Part shown: piece after piece, positions 40,686-50,150 of the stretch
Position numbering within the stretch: position 1 is the stretch's first letter
Layout: every line of letters begins with the position of its first letter
From: Bacteroidia bacterium
Lineage (GTDB): Bacteria; Bacteroidota; Bacteroidia; UBA8524
Length of the DNA stretch: 64,000 bases
Assembly: GCA_035906255.1 (NCBI GenBank)
Contig: JAMIFM010000029.1
Coordinates: 50,944 to 114,943 of the forward strand
Direction of reading: 5' to 3'
Translations under genes and position numbers: made by a program
The notes under the pieces: generated by a model
Seen by the model: the letters and a program-made list of their open reading frames with translations, nothing else
The model's database searches: none
Told to the model about the DNA's origin: nothing

Positions 40686-43202
40686 TTATTTTAACAGCAC
40701 CAGCCTGTTTGTTTCGTAGATGGTATTGTTTTCGGTAGTTACTGCTATATAATACACCCCTGATGAAACTCCCTCAAGGTCAATATCAATCTTATTTCCG
40801 TACATTGATAACTGAACGGGTATTAATTTAATTACTTGACCTGTTACGTTGGTTATTGTAATTTCAGCAGATTGTATGCTTGGGCTTAAGAGTTCAAGAA
40901 TTGTTGTTTTTGCAGTCGGGTTGGGATAAACTTCTGAAAAATATGCCAAATTATTCTTCGCTTTGTTTTCGGCTTTTTTCAAATTCCACAAACTGTCTAT
41001 AACATCCTCGCTTTTAGCAGCATGCTGATTTCCTCGGTAAGTCATTCCCGAAATCTGGTTACTACAAAATTGTTTAACATAGGTATGGGTTTTAGGATCC
41101 ATAGGGTTATTACACACCATGGGTAAGGCACTTATTATTAAGTCAACCCCCGGTCCTATATTAACATTGCTTTGAACTTCTATCAAGTTGCGAGCAATAA
41201 GTTTTGCAGGGTTATTAGGATCACCCGTTAGTGTTGTGCCTGAGGTAATAACAATTTTATCGGTAGCAAAAACTATCTTGTTTGCAGGAAAATTAATGGT
41301 GCCGCTTAAAGTAACGATACCTCCTGCGCCGGTGCCGTTTAATACTTGGTAGCTACCCATAGGTTTTGGGTTTGCAGTACCCGGGGTTATTGTTTGGCTG
41401 ATATTTACTGGATAAGTAAAAACATGGGTTGCCCTGTTGTTAATACCATTACTGCCAAGGTCGGTTGAAACCAATTCAATATAAAACTTTAAGCGTACTT
41501 TTTGAAGGTCGCTTACCAAATCCCCCCTTATGGAAGCATGGTAACGCGATACTAATTCTTTGAAACAACTTATGGGGACCAACGGACTCATATACCTTAC
41601 GGTATTAGCCGTAGGTTCTAAATTTGTTAATTCATCCATTGCGTGGATATTAGACGAAGAGCCAGGTGGCAATTGTATAGTATTAACTATCTCAAAAGCC
41701 ACTTTTATTACCGTTTTGCTCATATCTACATTAGCGATGGGGTTAAACGCATATTCTAAATCTTCATCAAGCCATAATGTCCGTTTTAAGTGTGCCTCAG
41801 GCAAGGTTCCCCATACGGGGTCAGTCACCATTATTGAATATACACTGTCGTGGGCACGCACTGTTGGTTTTTTTAATAAGGCAAAAGTTCCTAAAATTTC
41901 ATTGTAGGTTGGGTATTCGGGCAAAATGTTATTGTTTGCATCTCTTGTGTTATTGATATTTTCCTCAAGATTATTCTCCCCGTCTTTAGAACCCGGTGTG
42001 GAAAAAGAGAATGCCCCGCCGCCATACTCGTCAACTTTTGTCCATGTACCTTGAAGTTTTGCAAGGGCAGTAATTGTATTTACAGACTTGGGCGAACCTG
42101 CCCCAAGTCCAATACCCATAGCACCCGTAGTAAAATCGCTATATGAAGTCAGTAACTTTTTAAAGGCCTCCGCCTGTGCTTTAGGGTCGTTGCTTGTGCT
42201 GGCTTTTTCCCATGTTTTATCATATTCATATATACCGTCTGCAAGTTTACCCGTTAGCTTAAAGAAACTGATAGCATCCTTTTGCGATTGGGATAAATTT
42301 CCTTTTAATTCAAAAAGCGATAAAAGGTTTACAATACTGCCAAAATTCCAAACACCTGTTGACGCACCAACTGCAATACTAACGATTGCGGGAGCCACCG
42401 TTTTTGCTACCGTCAGTACTCCGTTTGAAGGGTCGGTTTGGGTAATTGTTTGCCAAGTGCCATTAATTATTCCTTCCATGTTTATATCGGCTTGGCTGTA
42501 GAACTCAAAATTAACATCTACTTGGCCTTGATACTTGCACACACAGGGGTCATAGGCAACAGGCAAATCAATCCAAAAGAAATAATTTTCGTTATTGGGG
42601 AAATAGGTAGGCATTCGAATAGAAGTTACCTCCGTTTGTTGGTCAAGAGCCTGTGCCGTTTCGCCTCCCAAACTAAGCAAACTGCTGGCATTTAATGATG
42701 CTTGACCTGAAACTAAAGCCCCTTTGGGGTGCGAAAACTTTACTACAACTGTTTTGTATGTATAGTCGGGGTTTCTTAGACTGGCAAACATCCTTATCAA
42801 ACCTTGGTGTTTGTTGTAAAGAATAATATATGGAATCTTTACTGTTCGTTGACGTGAGGTAGTGTTGTCATTAAATTTTCCAAGATTAGCTTTTAAAAGC
42901 TCCCAACCATCAGCATACTCATAGTCACTATTAGTTCCGTTGGCAAGGTCGATATAATTAAAGTTCGGGTCAGCAGTATGCCAAGGTGATAATATTGGAT
43001 AACTTGGATAACCGTTGGGGTAGCATGTGAAATTGGGACTTGCGGCAGGCAATTCCCAACTAATAAAGTTTGCTGCGCTTGATTTTTCAAGATTTACCGG
43101 GCTTACCGGATTTGTTACAATACCCTTTTCGTCACACGTAGTTTGTGCATAAACCAAAAAGGATATCAGTGTATTAAACAATACAAAAACAATTTTTTTC
43201 AT
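40686..43202 (-). CDS. Large secreted protein with type-A T9SS C-terminal sorting domain (838 aa), paralogue of 17453-20272
   Basis: Signal peptide ending YAQ. CTD VYPNPTAKTTILEL...GVYYIAVTTEN...LVLLK. Shared blocks: ADGWELL, PYIILYNKHQGLIRMFASL, YDPCVC. Confidence 0.8.
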   Translation of the reverse strand: MKKIVFVLFNTLISFLVYAQTTCDEKGIVTNPVSPVNLEKSSAANFISWELPAASPNFTCYPNGYPSYPILSPWHTADPNFNYIDLANGTNSDYEYADGWELLKANLGKFNDNTTSRQRTVKIPYIILYNKHQGLIRMFASLRNPDYTYKTVVVKFSHPKGALVSGQASLNASSLLSLGGETAQALDQQTEVTSIRMPTYFPNNENYFFWIDLPVAYDPCVCKYQGQVDVNFEFYSQADINMEGIINGTWQTITQTDPSNGVLTVAKTVAPAIVSIAVGASTGVWNFGSIVNLLSLFELKGNLSQSQKDAISFFKLTGKLADGIYEYDKTWEKASTSNDPKAQAEAFKKLLTSYSDFTTGAMGIGLGAGSPKSVNTITALAKLQGTWTKVDEYGGGAFSFSTPGSKDGENNLEENINNTRDANNNILPEYPTYNEILGTFALLKKPTVRAHDSVYSIMVTDPVWGTLPEAHLKRTLWLDEDLEYAFNPIANVDMSKTVIKVAFEIVNTIQLPPGSSSNIHAMDELTNLEPTANTVRYMSPLVPISCFKELVSRYHASIRGDLVSDLQKVRLKFYIELVSTDLGSNGINNRATHVFTYPVNISQTITPGTANPKPMGSYQVLNGTGAGGIVTLSGTINFPANKIVFATDKIVITSGTTLTGDPNNPAKLIARNLIEVQSNVNIGPGVDLIISALPMVCNNPMDPKTHTYVKQFCSNQISGMTYRGNQHAAKSEDVIDSLWNLKKAENKAKNNLAYFSEVYPNPTAKTTILELLSPSIQSAEITITNVTGQVIKLIPVQLSMYGNKIDIDLEGVSSGVYYIAVTTENNTIYETNRLVLLK

Positions 43203-43214
43203 GATAGTCTGTTT

Positions 43215-44030
43215 TTAATTTACTCGTTTACCTGTAAACCAGTATCTCGTTTTAATAATAGGGTCGCCAACTTTCCAATCTGCATATTTTCTATCTAAGG
43301 CTTCGGTCTCGATATGTAAAGTTTGGTTATCATTCTCCAAACTGAAGTTTATCCAAAAATGCCCCTTTTCCCCGTTGCTTGAAGATGACGATCCCGCTTT
43401 AACATTTAGTCTTCTCAACCGCAAAATCCTTTCAAAATCAGTGTTTTTTGGGGTAATAGGTGAGAAAACCGGGAGGCCATCCAAATAAAGACCTGTGTAT
43501 GGAAATCCGCTTAAAGAATCTGTAACCATTGTGTCGGGGTTAATATAAACACGCCTTAATGTGTTAGGATCATGTTTAAAAAACCCTTCATAAGTACCTT
43601 TAATGTATGTGCCGGCTTTAAAATGTAGCTTTCTCACGAAGGTTGCTATGGTGTCATCAGGAAAACACTCACTTGGGGGTTTCCTTACAGTTAACCAGAT
43701 ATCTATACTTCTTCCACCTTGATTATAAAAATCGCCGAAAAGTAGCGTAACACTTCTTGTTGTCCTCCGTTGAGGGTCAGTACCAGTTTTCCACGAATAG
43801 GTGACCCCGTCATCGGGGGCTTGTTTTGCCGTAAACTTTACAGTTAACCAACCTGCCGTATCCGTATCATATAGCTCAATATCTTTAAAATAGGTATCCT
43901 GCGGGTCTTCCTGCATATAAAAATCAGCCGATAGCGGGTTCGCATTGTCGCATATATCCTGCTTATCGGGCTTGCAGCTTACAAGGGTTACTATAAGTGG
44001 TACTAATACTATTAACAAAAAGGGTTTCAT
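43215..44030 (-). CDS. Lipoprotein (271 aa), paralogue of 16642-17436
   Basis: Lipobox TLVSC. YSW..G, C.P.DD and FTGKR patterns. Confidence 0.65.
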   Translation of the reverse strand: MKPFLLIVLVPLIVTLVSCKPDKQDICDNANPLSADFYMQEDPQDTYFKDIELYDTDTAGWLTVKFTAKQAPDDGVTYSWKTGTDPQRRTTRSVTLLFGDFYNQGGRSIDIWLTVRKPPSECFPDDTIATFVRKLHFKAGTYIKGTYEGFFKHDPNTLRRVYINPDTMVTDSLSGFPYTGLYLDGLPVFSPITPKNTDFERILRLRRLNVKAGSSSSSNGEKGHFWINFSLENDNQTLHIETEALDRKYADWKVGDPIIKTRYWFTGKRVN

Positions 44031-44037
44031 GTCACCT

Positions 44038-45174
44038 CTATTTATTAATTAATTTTTCGGCTTGTTTTTTCAAAAGTTCAACTTCATCAGTCAATACCTT
44101 TATTTGTTTTTCTTGTGCAATACTATACAAAGTTAACTCCTCAATCTTCTGCATTTGCAGGGGTACAATTTCATTAACGCTTAAGCCGTTTTCAAGCATT
44201 TGTTCTTCACTGGGGATATTGGGAAGGTGTGAATTGAGGGCAATAAATTTCTCAACATCAGATAAAAGCATTAAATCATACCCCGCTTTAAAAACAGTAT
44301 CAGGCCACCAAATAGCTCTGGTTTTAACATTAAGAACTTGTATTTCTCCCCTAAGCTCTACATTACCATCTTTATCCATACGCAACCCCCCTGTTTGTCC
44401 GCTTGTGCTCCAAGGCGCAATTACAAGTGAGCCATTTAGGTTTGAGCCGTTTGCTCCTTTTCCGTCAGTAAAAAACATCCCTTGGTCATACTGTTGCGAA
44501 ATAGAGTTATATCCGTCATTAGCTAATAAGGGAATAAACATAACGTGTTGCGTTCTGTTATTTGAGCCAAATTGTTGGCGACCTACTATGAAGCCCGGAT
44601 AATTATATGCTCCCAAACTCTTTACATCAAAAGTAGCGCGGGGAGCTTCAATATTAACCCCTGCAACTCCGTTGGGGCAAACCATAAACCTGCTGGTGTA
44701 TGCTCCTGATGTTTGACTTACAACAAGCGAGTTATTTTGTGTTCGAGCCCAAATCATTGGCTTGCTGTTGTTTAAATATGTGCCGTATTGGCGTAATGTG
44801 AAATCAGCAGTGGGGTATGTTTGTGAAACAGGAGGGCCTATTCCGGGTTCTGGGTTTGTTATTAAAACGGGTTCTGCTATGCCATCAAAAGACACCGGGT
44901 AATACTTTGCCGGAACAAAGGGACATGCGGTGTTTGAGATAACCAAACCAAGCTGGCTGTCGTCACAATATTGAATTTCCTGCCAGCCTACCGGAGCCAT
45001 CACACCAATGCCAACTGCATTGATGGTGGTTGTTTGATTTGGTGGAGGATTCCAAGAACCTGGTACCTGTGCTGATATTGTTGCTGAGAGAACCATAATA
45101 GCTAAAGAAGCAAAGGTTTTTGTGCAATTAGCCTTAAGTAAAGATTTAATAAATAATGAGTCTAGTTTTTTCAT
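44038..45174 (-). CDS. Secreted fibre-like protein with C-terminal WPDTVF...HLPNIPS...EELTLY coiled-coil module
   Basis: Signal peptide ending SAQ. The last 89 aa are homologous to the tail of 15010-15822. Confidence 0.7.
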   Translation of the reverse strand: MKKLDSLFIKSLLKANCTKTFASLAIMVLSATISAQVPGSWNPPPNQTTTINAVGIGVMAPVGWQEIQYCDDSQLGLVISNTACPFVPAKYYPVSFDGIAEPVLITNPEPGIGPPVSQTYPTADFTLRQYGTYLNNSKPMIWARTQNNSLVVSQTSGAYTSRFMVCPNGVAGVNIEAPRATFDVKSLGAYNYPGFIVGRQQFGSNNRTQHVMFIPLLANDGYNSISQQYDQGMFFTDGKGANGSNLNGSLVIAPWSTSGQTGGLRMDKDGNVELRGEIQVLNVKTRAIWWPDTVFKAGYDLMLLSDVEKFIALNSHLPNIPSEEQMLENGLSVNEIVPLQMQKIEELTLYSIAQEKQIKVLTDEVELLKKQAEKLINK

Positions 45175-45384
45175 AGAATGAAATTGATTAGTTATACAAT
45201 AATATAATGCCTTCTAGGAGTTTAGATAGCCGAAGGTACTAAATAGGAAGAAACTGCCAAAATAGCAAAGACTTGTAGAGGTATCCTTTCGTCGAAAAAC
45301 GATAGAAGTGGCTAAAACAGGGGTGTCGTTTTAGCAGAGAGAAATAGAAAATGACAAAAAAAAGACAAAACGCCGTTTAGAGTA

Positions 45385-46614
45385 TTACTCAATATCCGTG
45401 CTCAGTTTGTAACGGCAAATTCGTCCGTTGCCTTTATCAGCCACATACACAATTTCTTTAAAATAACTGATACCGCTGGGTTGGTTAAACTGGAACGGAC
45501 CTGCACCTTTACCGCCGAATGAGGCTATAATTTGTTTGCGGGTGGGGAAGTTGGCGGGTGGGTTCACACCTTCAATACCTGCACGGGTAAATTGGTATAT
45601 TGAATCTTTTTTGCTGTCGGCTACAAAAATGTAGCCCGTAGCATCCGTTGCAATGTAAACATCGGCAGGGTTGCCAAAACGGAACGATTGGTATAAGAAA
45701 CGGTTGCTTTTTGAGGTATCAAAACTTAGCAATGCCGTGTTTTCGCCATAGCTGCGTGAACCCAAATCAGGGTCGAAAGTTTCTTTAATCCATAACACCC
45801 TAAACTCTACTGATGGATTAGTATCGGCTTGACAAAGTATGAAATCGCGGCTTTTATCCATGCCGAAAAGGCGTTGTGGCGGAGCTGCAAACCCTGCAAT
45901 GGCAGATACACCCAAACAAGAGCGAAGGCTGGATGTTTGAGGGTTCAAACCGTTGGTATAGCCTGTGTTTGCGCCGTTGGAGTTAAAAATAAGTACAGTA
46001 TTATCAGGCCTTGCCGCCGTATTAAAATCGTTTTTAGGCCCTGTACGTGATACATACAAGGTATTATCTTCTAAAGTAGTTAGCCCTGTAAATTTAACTG
46101 CTACATCATCAGCCCCGCGAAAAGCTACCTGCTGACGCGATAAATCAGCCGATGGATGTATCAATGTATCCGTAAACACAGGGTTTCCTGCCCCCGATGG
46201 GTTAATAATATGATAAACTGCTGCTAAATCATAATCCTGCCCACCGATGTTTTGGGTAATCCTTCCGGCCACATACAAATGCAAGCGGCGATCCATTACC
46301 ACGTCTGTTGCTCCGGGTATAGGTATAGTGCGGTAGCGCGTTCCTTTTTGGTCAAGTATGTGCACACCCATATCATCTACCACATATACCATTTCATCGT
46401 ACCCCACATACACATCAACAGGGTTTACAAAACCGTTGAAAAACGGAAGAACAGGCACATAGCCCACATTTTGGGGCACCAGTTCAGGGTCAATTTTCCC
46501 TTGCTCAAAAATCTCATTAGTAGTGTCGTTCTCTTTCTTGCCGAAAAAGAAATTACACGACGAACTTACCATCACGCCGCACAAAAGGGCTATATATAAA
46601 GGCTTTTTCACCAT
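45385..46614 (-). CDS. NHL / beta-propeller-repeat lipoprotein
   Basis: Lipobox VSSSC. NHL-like unit FNQPSGISYFKEIVYVADKGNGRICRY. The ATG abuts the stop of the upstream barrel gene. Confidence 0.6.
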   Translation of the reverse strand: MVKKPLYIALLCGVMVSSSCNFFFGKKENDTTNEIFEQGKIDPELVPQNVGYVPVLPFFNGFVNPVDVYVGYDEMVYVVDDMGVHILDQKGTRYRTIPIPGATDVVMDRRLHLYVAGRITQNIGGQDYDLAAVYHIINPSGAGNPVFTDTLIHPSADLSRQQVAFRGADDVAVKFTGLTTLEDNTLYVSRTGPKNDFNTAARPDNTVLIFNSNGANTGYTNGLNPQTSSLRSCLGVSAIAGFAAPPQRLFGMDKSRDFILCQADTNPSVEFRVLWIKETFDPDLGSRSYGENTALLSFDTSKSNRFLYQSFRFGNPADVYIATDATGYIFVADSKKDSIYQFTRAGIEGVNPPANFPTRKQIIASFGGKGAGPFQFNQPSGISYFKEIVYVADKGNGRICRYKLSTDIE

Positions 46615-47613
46615 TTATTTCAATCGTATTCCCAACGTCAGGCGATGCACATTGCCCAAACGGGTTTTATTGTTTAAGCTGTAATCAATGCTAAATTTCC
46701 CGAAACGGCGGGGCAGCATATACCCCACACCAATAGGCGGAAATCCGTCTTCATCTTGTCCTATTTCATACCCTGTGCGGATAAACAGCATATTTTTTAT
46801 GCCATACTCTAATCCCAACGCAAGGGTTTCATTATTATCAGCAGGGTGATTTAGCTGCAATGATGTGCGCAGCACTTGGTTTCTTGTCTTTACGGCATCT
46901 ATCGAAGCCCCTAACCTAAAAGTTGTAGGCACTGAAAGGGTTTCAAAATTTGTTATTTCCTGCTCGCCTGTATTTTTTAATACACTCACCTTACCGCTGG
47001 GTTGCACGTTAATACCAAAGTTGGTAAGGGTAACGGCAAAGCGAAGGTTGCGTACTTCACGTATCAAATAATCAAGCCCCAAATCAAACATTACGTTGTT
47101 AACTGCCACTCCGGCCATTCCTTCACGAGCATATTTACCTGTCATACCAAACGTAAAGTTACTGGTAAGTATGCGGGCATACGATGCACTTAGTACAAAA
47201 CTTGAGGGTGAAAATTTACGACCAGTCCCAAGCGGCTGGTACTCGGTGGTTTCATCCATTTCGCCTGTATTCAGCGACATTACATTAACACCCCAAAATG
47301 CCTGTTGGCCGCTACGCATGGCAAAAGCCCCCCATGCCATGTTTATCCCTGCATAGTACAGTGTGTTACCTGCCTGTACATGGTATTTTGCAGTATCAAT
47401 GCGTGAAAGTGCTGCGGGGTTCCAATACAGGGCACTTAAATCATCCGACACTGAAATAAAACTTCCGGCCATGCCGGTACTGCGGGCATCGGGGGCAATT
47501 TTTAAAAATTGCATTCCTGTGGTGCCCGTGCGAGAATTACCGAACGAGGGTAGTACCTGTGCGTTTAACGTGCAGGTAGCTAATGTTGCAAGTATGAGTA
47601 ATGTAAACCTCAT
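46615..47613 (-). CDS. PorV/PorQ-family T9SS outer-membrane beta-barrel (length favours PorQ)
   Basis: Signal peptide. GMQFLKIAPDARSTGMAGSF...YWNPAAL N-terminal signature. 332 aa of beta-strand-rich sequence. Confidence 0.6.
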   Translation of the reverse strand: MRFTLLILATLATCTLNAQVLPSFGNSRTGTTGMQFLKIAPDARSTGMAGSFISVSDDLSALYWNPAALSRIDTAKYHVQAGNTLYYAGINMAWGAFAMRSGQQAFWGVNVMSLNTGEMDETTEYQPLGTGRKFSPSSFVLSASYARILTSNFTFGMTGKYAREGMAGVAVNNVMFDLGLDYLIREVRNLRFAVTLTNFGINVQPSGKVSVLKNTGEQEITNFETLSVPTTFRLGASIDAVKTRNQVLRTSLQLNHPADNNETLALGLEYGIKNMLFIRTGYEIGQDEDGFPPIGVGYMLPRRFGKFSIDYSLNNKTRLGNVHRLTLGIRLK

Positions 47614-47787
47614 ATAAAAAGTGTCGCAAATTACTACCTTTTACCCTGTTTGTGATTATGCGGGGGTTAAATTTGATGTTGTGATAACACGAGCGCGCCT
47701 TGTAAAGCAAGATTTATCCTCTTTTCCCGATTACGCTATTTATATTTTACCTGAGGTATATCATTTCAAATAAACTAACGCTTGTTG

Positions 47788-47795
47788 TACCTTTG
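47788..47795 (+). promoter_or_regulatory. -7 promoter box TACCTTTG
   Basis: Exact consensus 25 nt before the ATG at 47820. It overlaps the TTG start proposed by the ORF track. Confidence 0.45.
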
Positions 47796-47819
47796 CGGCG
47801 TTATTTAGAACGATTACAA

Positions 47820-48824
47820 ATGATAAGTACTGATATATGTATAATTGGCGCGGGTCCTGTGGGTTTGTTTGCGGTTTTTGAAGCAGGGCTGCTAAAATTG
47901 CGCTGCCACGTAATGGATGTTTTGCCTCAGGTGGGCGGCCAGTTGAGCGAGATTTATCCCAAAAAACCTATTTACGATATTCCCGGTTACCCAAGTATTT
48001 TGGCGCAAGACCTTATTGATAACCTGATGGAGCAAATTGCCCCTTTTCATCCTACTTTTACGTTGGGCGAAAGGGTGGAGGGACTTGAAAAACAAGAAGA
48101 CGGCTCTTTTATTATAACTACTAAAGAGGGCACTCAAGTTCATGCCAAAACGGTTTGCATAGCAGGCGGTTTAGGTTGTTTTGAGCCTCGTAAACCTGCG
48201 CTTGCCAATATTGACCAATTTGAAGGCAAAGGAATCACCTATATGATTAAAGACCCTGAAACTTACAGGGGGAAAAAGGTGGTGCTGGCAGGCGGTGGCG
48301 ATAGTGCGCTTGACTGGGCTATTTACCTTGCCGATGTGGCTTCTGAGTTATCGCTGGTGCACCGCAACGAGAGTTTTAGGGGTGCGCCCGACAGTGCCGG
48401 AAAGGTAGTTCAATTGGCTCAAGACGGTAAAATTAAGCTGTATTTGAGTAGTAATATTACTGAACTGAATGGTAACGGGGTACTAAAGAGCCTCACCATT
48501 CAAGACAAGGATAAAACCAGCCATCCTGTGGACATTGACTATTTCATTCCTTTGTTTGGGCTTAGCCCTAAACTGGGGCCTATTGAGGCATGGGGACTGA
48601 ATATTGATAAACAAGCTATTGAGGTGGACACTGAAAAGTTTGAGACCAACGTACCCGGAGTGTTTGCCATTGGTGATATTAATACCTATCCCGGTAAATT
48701 AAAACTGATACTAAGCGGTTTTCACGAGGCAGCACTAATGTCGCACGGGGTGTATCGGTACATTAACCCCGGTAAGGTGCTTAACCTGAAGTACACAACG
48801 GTTAACGGGATTCAAGCGTTTTAA
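47820..48824 (+). CDS. Ferredoxin-NADP+ reductase, thioredoxin-reductase-like (YumC type)
   Basis: ICIIGAGPVGLFA, GGQLSEIYPKKPIYDIPGYP, LAGGGDSALDWA, FAIGDI. Confidence 0.8.
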   Translation: MISTDICIIGAGPVGLFAVFEAGLLKLRCHVMDVLPQVGGQLSEIYPKKPIYDIPGYPSILAQDLIDNLMEQIAPFHPTFTLGERVEGLEKQEDGSFIITTKEGTQVHAKTVCIAGGLGCFEPRKPALANIDQFEGKGITYMIKDPETYRGKKVVLAGGGDSALDWAIYLADVASELSLVHRNESFRGAPDSAGKVVQLAQDGKIKLYLSSNITELNGNGVLKSLTIQDKDKTSHPVDIDYFIPLFGLSPKLGPIEAWGLNIDKQAIEVDTEKFETNVPGVFAIGDINTYPGKLKLILSGFHEAALMSHGVYRYINPGKVLNLKYTTVNGIQAF

Positions 48825-48924
48825 ATTTTTGATTTTATGATTTATAGATTAGTTGATTGAACAAAGTAGCTTTGTGGCTTATAATCGATAAATCAACCAG
48901 TCAAAAAATCTGTAAATTCAATAA

Positions 48925-49248
48925 ATGACAAATGAAATAACAGTGTACGTGCTGAACGATAACGGGGATAAAGAACCCGTTATTGCCCCTACGGACATGG
49001 CTCTTAGTTTGATGGAGGTTTTAAAGGGCAGCGGTTATCCCATTGAAGCCCGTTGCGGAGGTATGGCTCTTTGCGCCACTTGCCACGTGGAGGTATTGAA
49101 CGATGTGCCCCTTACACCCCAAACCGACGACGAAATGGATATGCTTGATACTGTGCCAAACATTACTCCTACCAGCCGTTTGAGTTGCCAAATAAAAATT
49201 ACCGACGAAATGGATGGCTTGGAAGTCCGCATTTTGGGTGAGCAATAG
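48925..49248 (+). CDS. 2Fe-2S ferredoxin (adrenodoxin/putidaredoxin type)
   Basis: CGGMALCATCHV...LSCQI cysteine pattern. TAGCTTTG -7 box at 48867-48874. Confidence 0.8.
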   Translation: MTNEITVYVLNDNGDKEPVIAPTDMALSLMEVLKGSGYPIEARCGGMALCATCHVEVLNDVPLTPQTDDEMDMLDTVPNITPTSRLSCQIKITDEMDGLEVRILGEQ

Positions 49249-49289
49249 CCGCCGTCATTAATATTTTTCCCTGTTCGAATTTAAAATGT

Positions 49290-49337
49290 GTGTTACGGTG
49301 TTATGTTGTTACACTGTTATTGTGTTACAAATGTTAC
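49290..49337. repeat. Six tandem degenerate 8-nt units (N)TGTTAY(N)
   Basis: gtgttacg gtgttatg ttgttaca ctgttatt gtgttaca aatgttac. Confidence 0.7.
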
Positions 49338-49501
49338 GCGCCGCACAAGGGGTTCATTGCAATGAGTAAAAGCACACCGTTCGAGTTTCAAAGAGCTTGA
49401 TTGTTTCGTGTTAATTGGAAAATTGTGTCAATGGACTGCTGACAAACCAACTTGTTCATAGTATCACCCAAAAGTGGCACCGTATGCTTGCCGGAAACGT
49501 C

Positions 49502-49801
49502 CTATCCCCAGCTGCCTCCAAAAAATGGTTCAGTACATAATATATAAATTGTATATATTAAAAATGCCCATGCCAATAGCCCCATAAAATATATAAGATT
49601 AAGCATTTCTTCCTTAATTTTTGAGGTAATATAAATAAGTAGAACAAGAGGGAACGTAAAGATAAAAGCGATTGCTACAAATGCCCCAAAAGCAAGTACA
49701 TTGCCTTTGCTTCCTGTTATTGCCCCTGCTAAAGCGGGTATAATTAGCATAGCAATTATCACCGCCGGAAAATAATATTTGGCCAGTTTCAGTTTCCACA
49801 T
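49502..49801 (-). CDS. Small three-TM membrane protein (99 aa), tandem paralogue B
   Basis: Starts MWKLKLAKYY. Shares a 24-nt identical 5' DNA segment with the paralogue at 49840-50139. Confidence 0.6.
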   Translation of the reverse strand: MWKLKLAKYYFPAVIIAMLIIPALAGAITGSKGNVLAFGAFVAIAFIFTFPLVLLIYITSKIKEEMLNLIYFMGLLAWAFLIYTIYILCTEPFFGGSWG

Positions 49802-49839
49802 AACTCGTGTATTATCTATCATTATTAAAAAAAACAGAC

Positions 49840-50139
49840 TTAATCAAAACCGTCTATAAGTAAAGAACCAGTGTATAACTTATAGGCTATAAATGAGAGG
49901 AATATCCATGCTAACAACATACCAAAATATACAAGGCTGAGTGATTGTTGTTTTTTACCTGATGTGATATATATAACGCCTACAATAGGAAAAGTGGCTA
50001 AATACACCAATAACATTACTATCATCCATTTAACCATTACTGCGGTTTCATTACTTATAGAGCCACCTATGAGTGGTATAAGCACAACCCCGATTATAAT
50101 TGCAGGCACATAATACCTTGCCAGTTTCAGTTTCCACAT
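49840..50139 (-). CDS. Small three-TM membrane protein (99 aa), tandem paralogue A
   Basis: Starts MWKLKLARYY. Same length and topology as paralogue B. Confidence 0.6.
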   Translation of the reverse strand: MWKLKLARYYVPAIIIGVVLIPLIGGSISNETAVMVKWMIVMLLVYLATFPIVGVIYITSGKKQQSLSLVYFGMLLAWIFLSFIAYKLYTGSLLIDGFD

Positions 50140-50150
50140 AACTTTTATAG

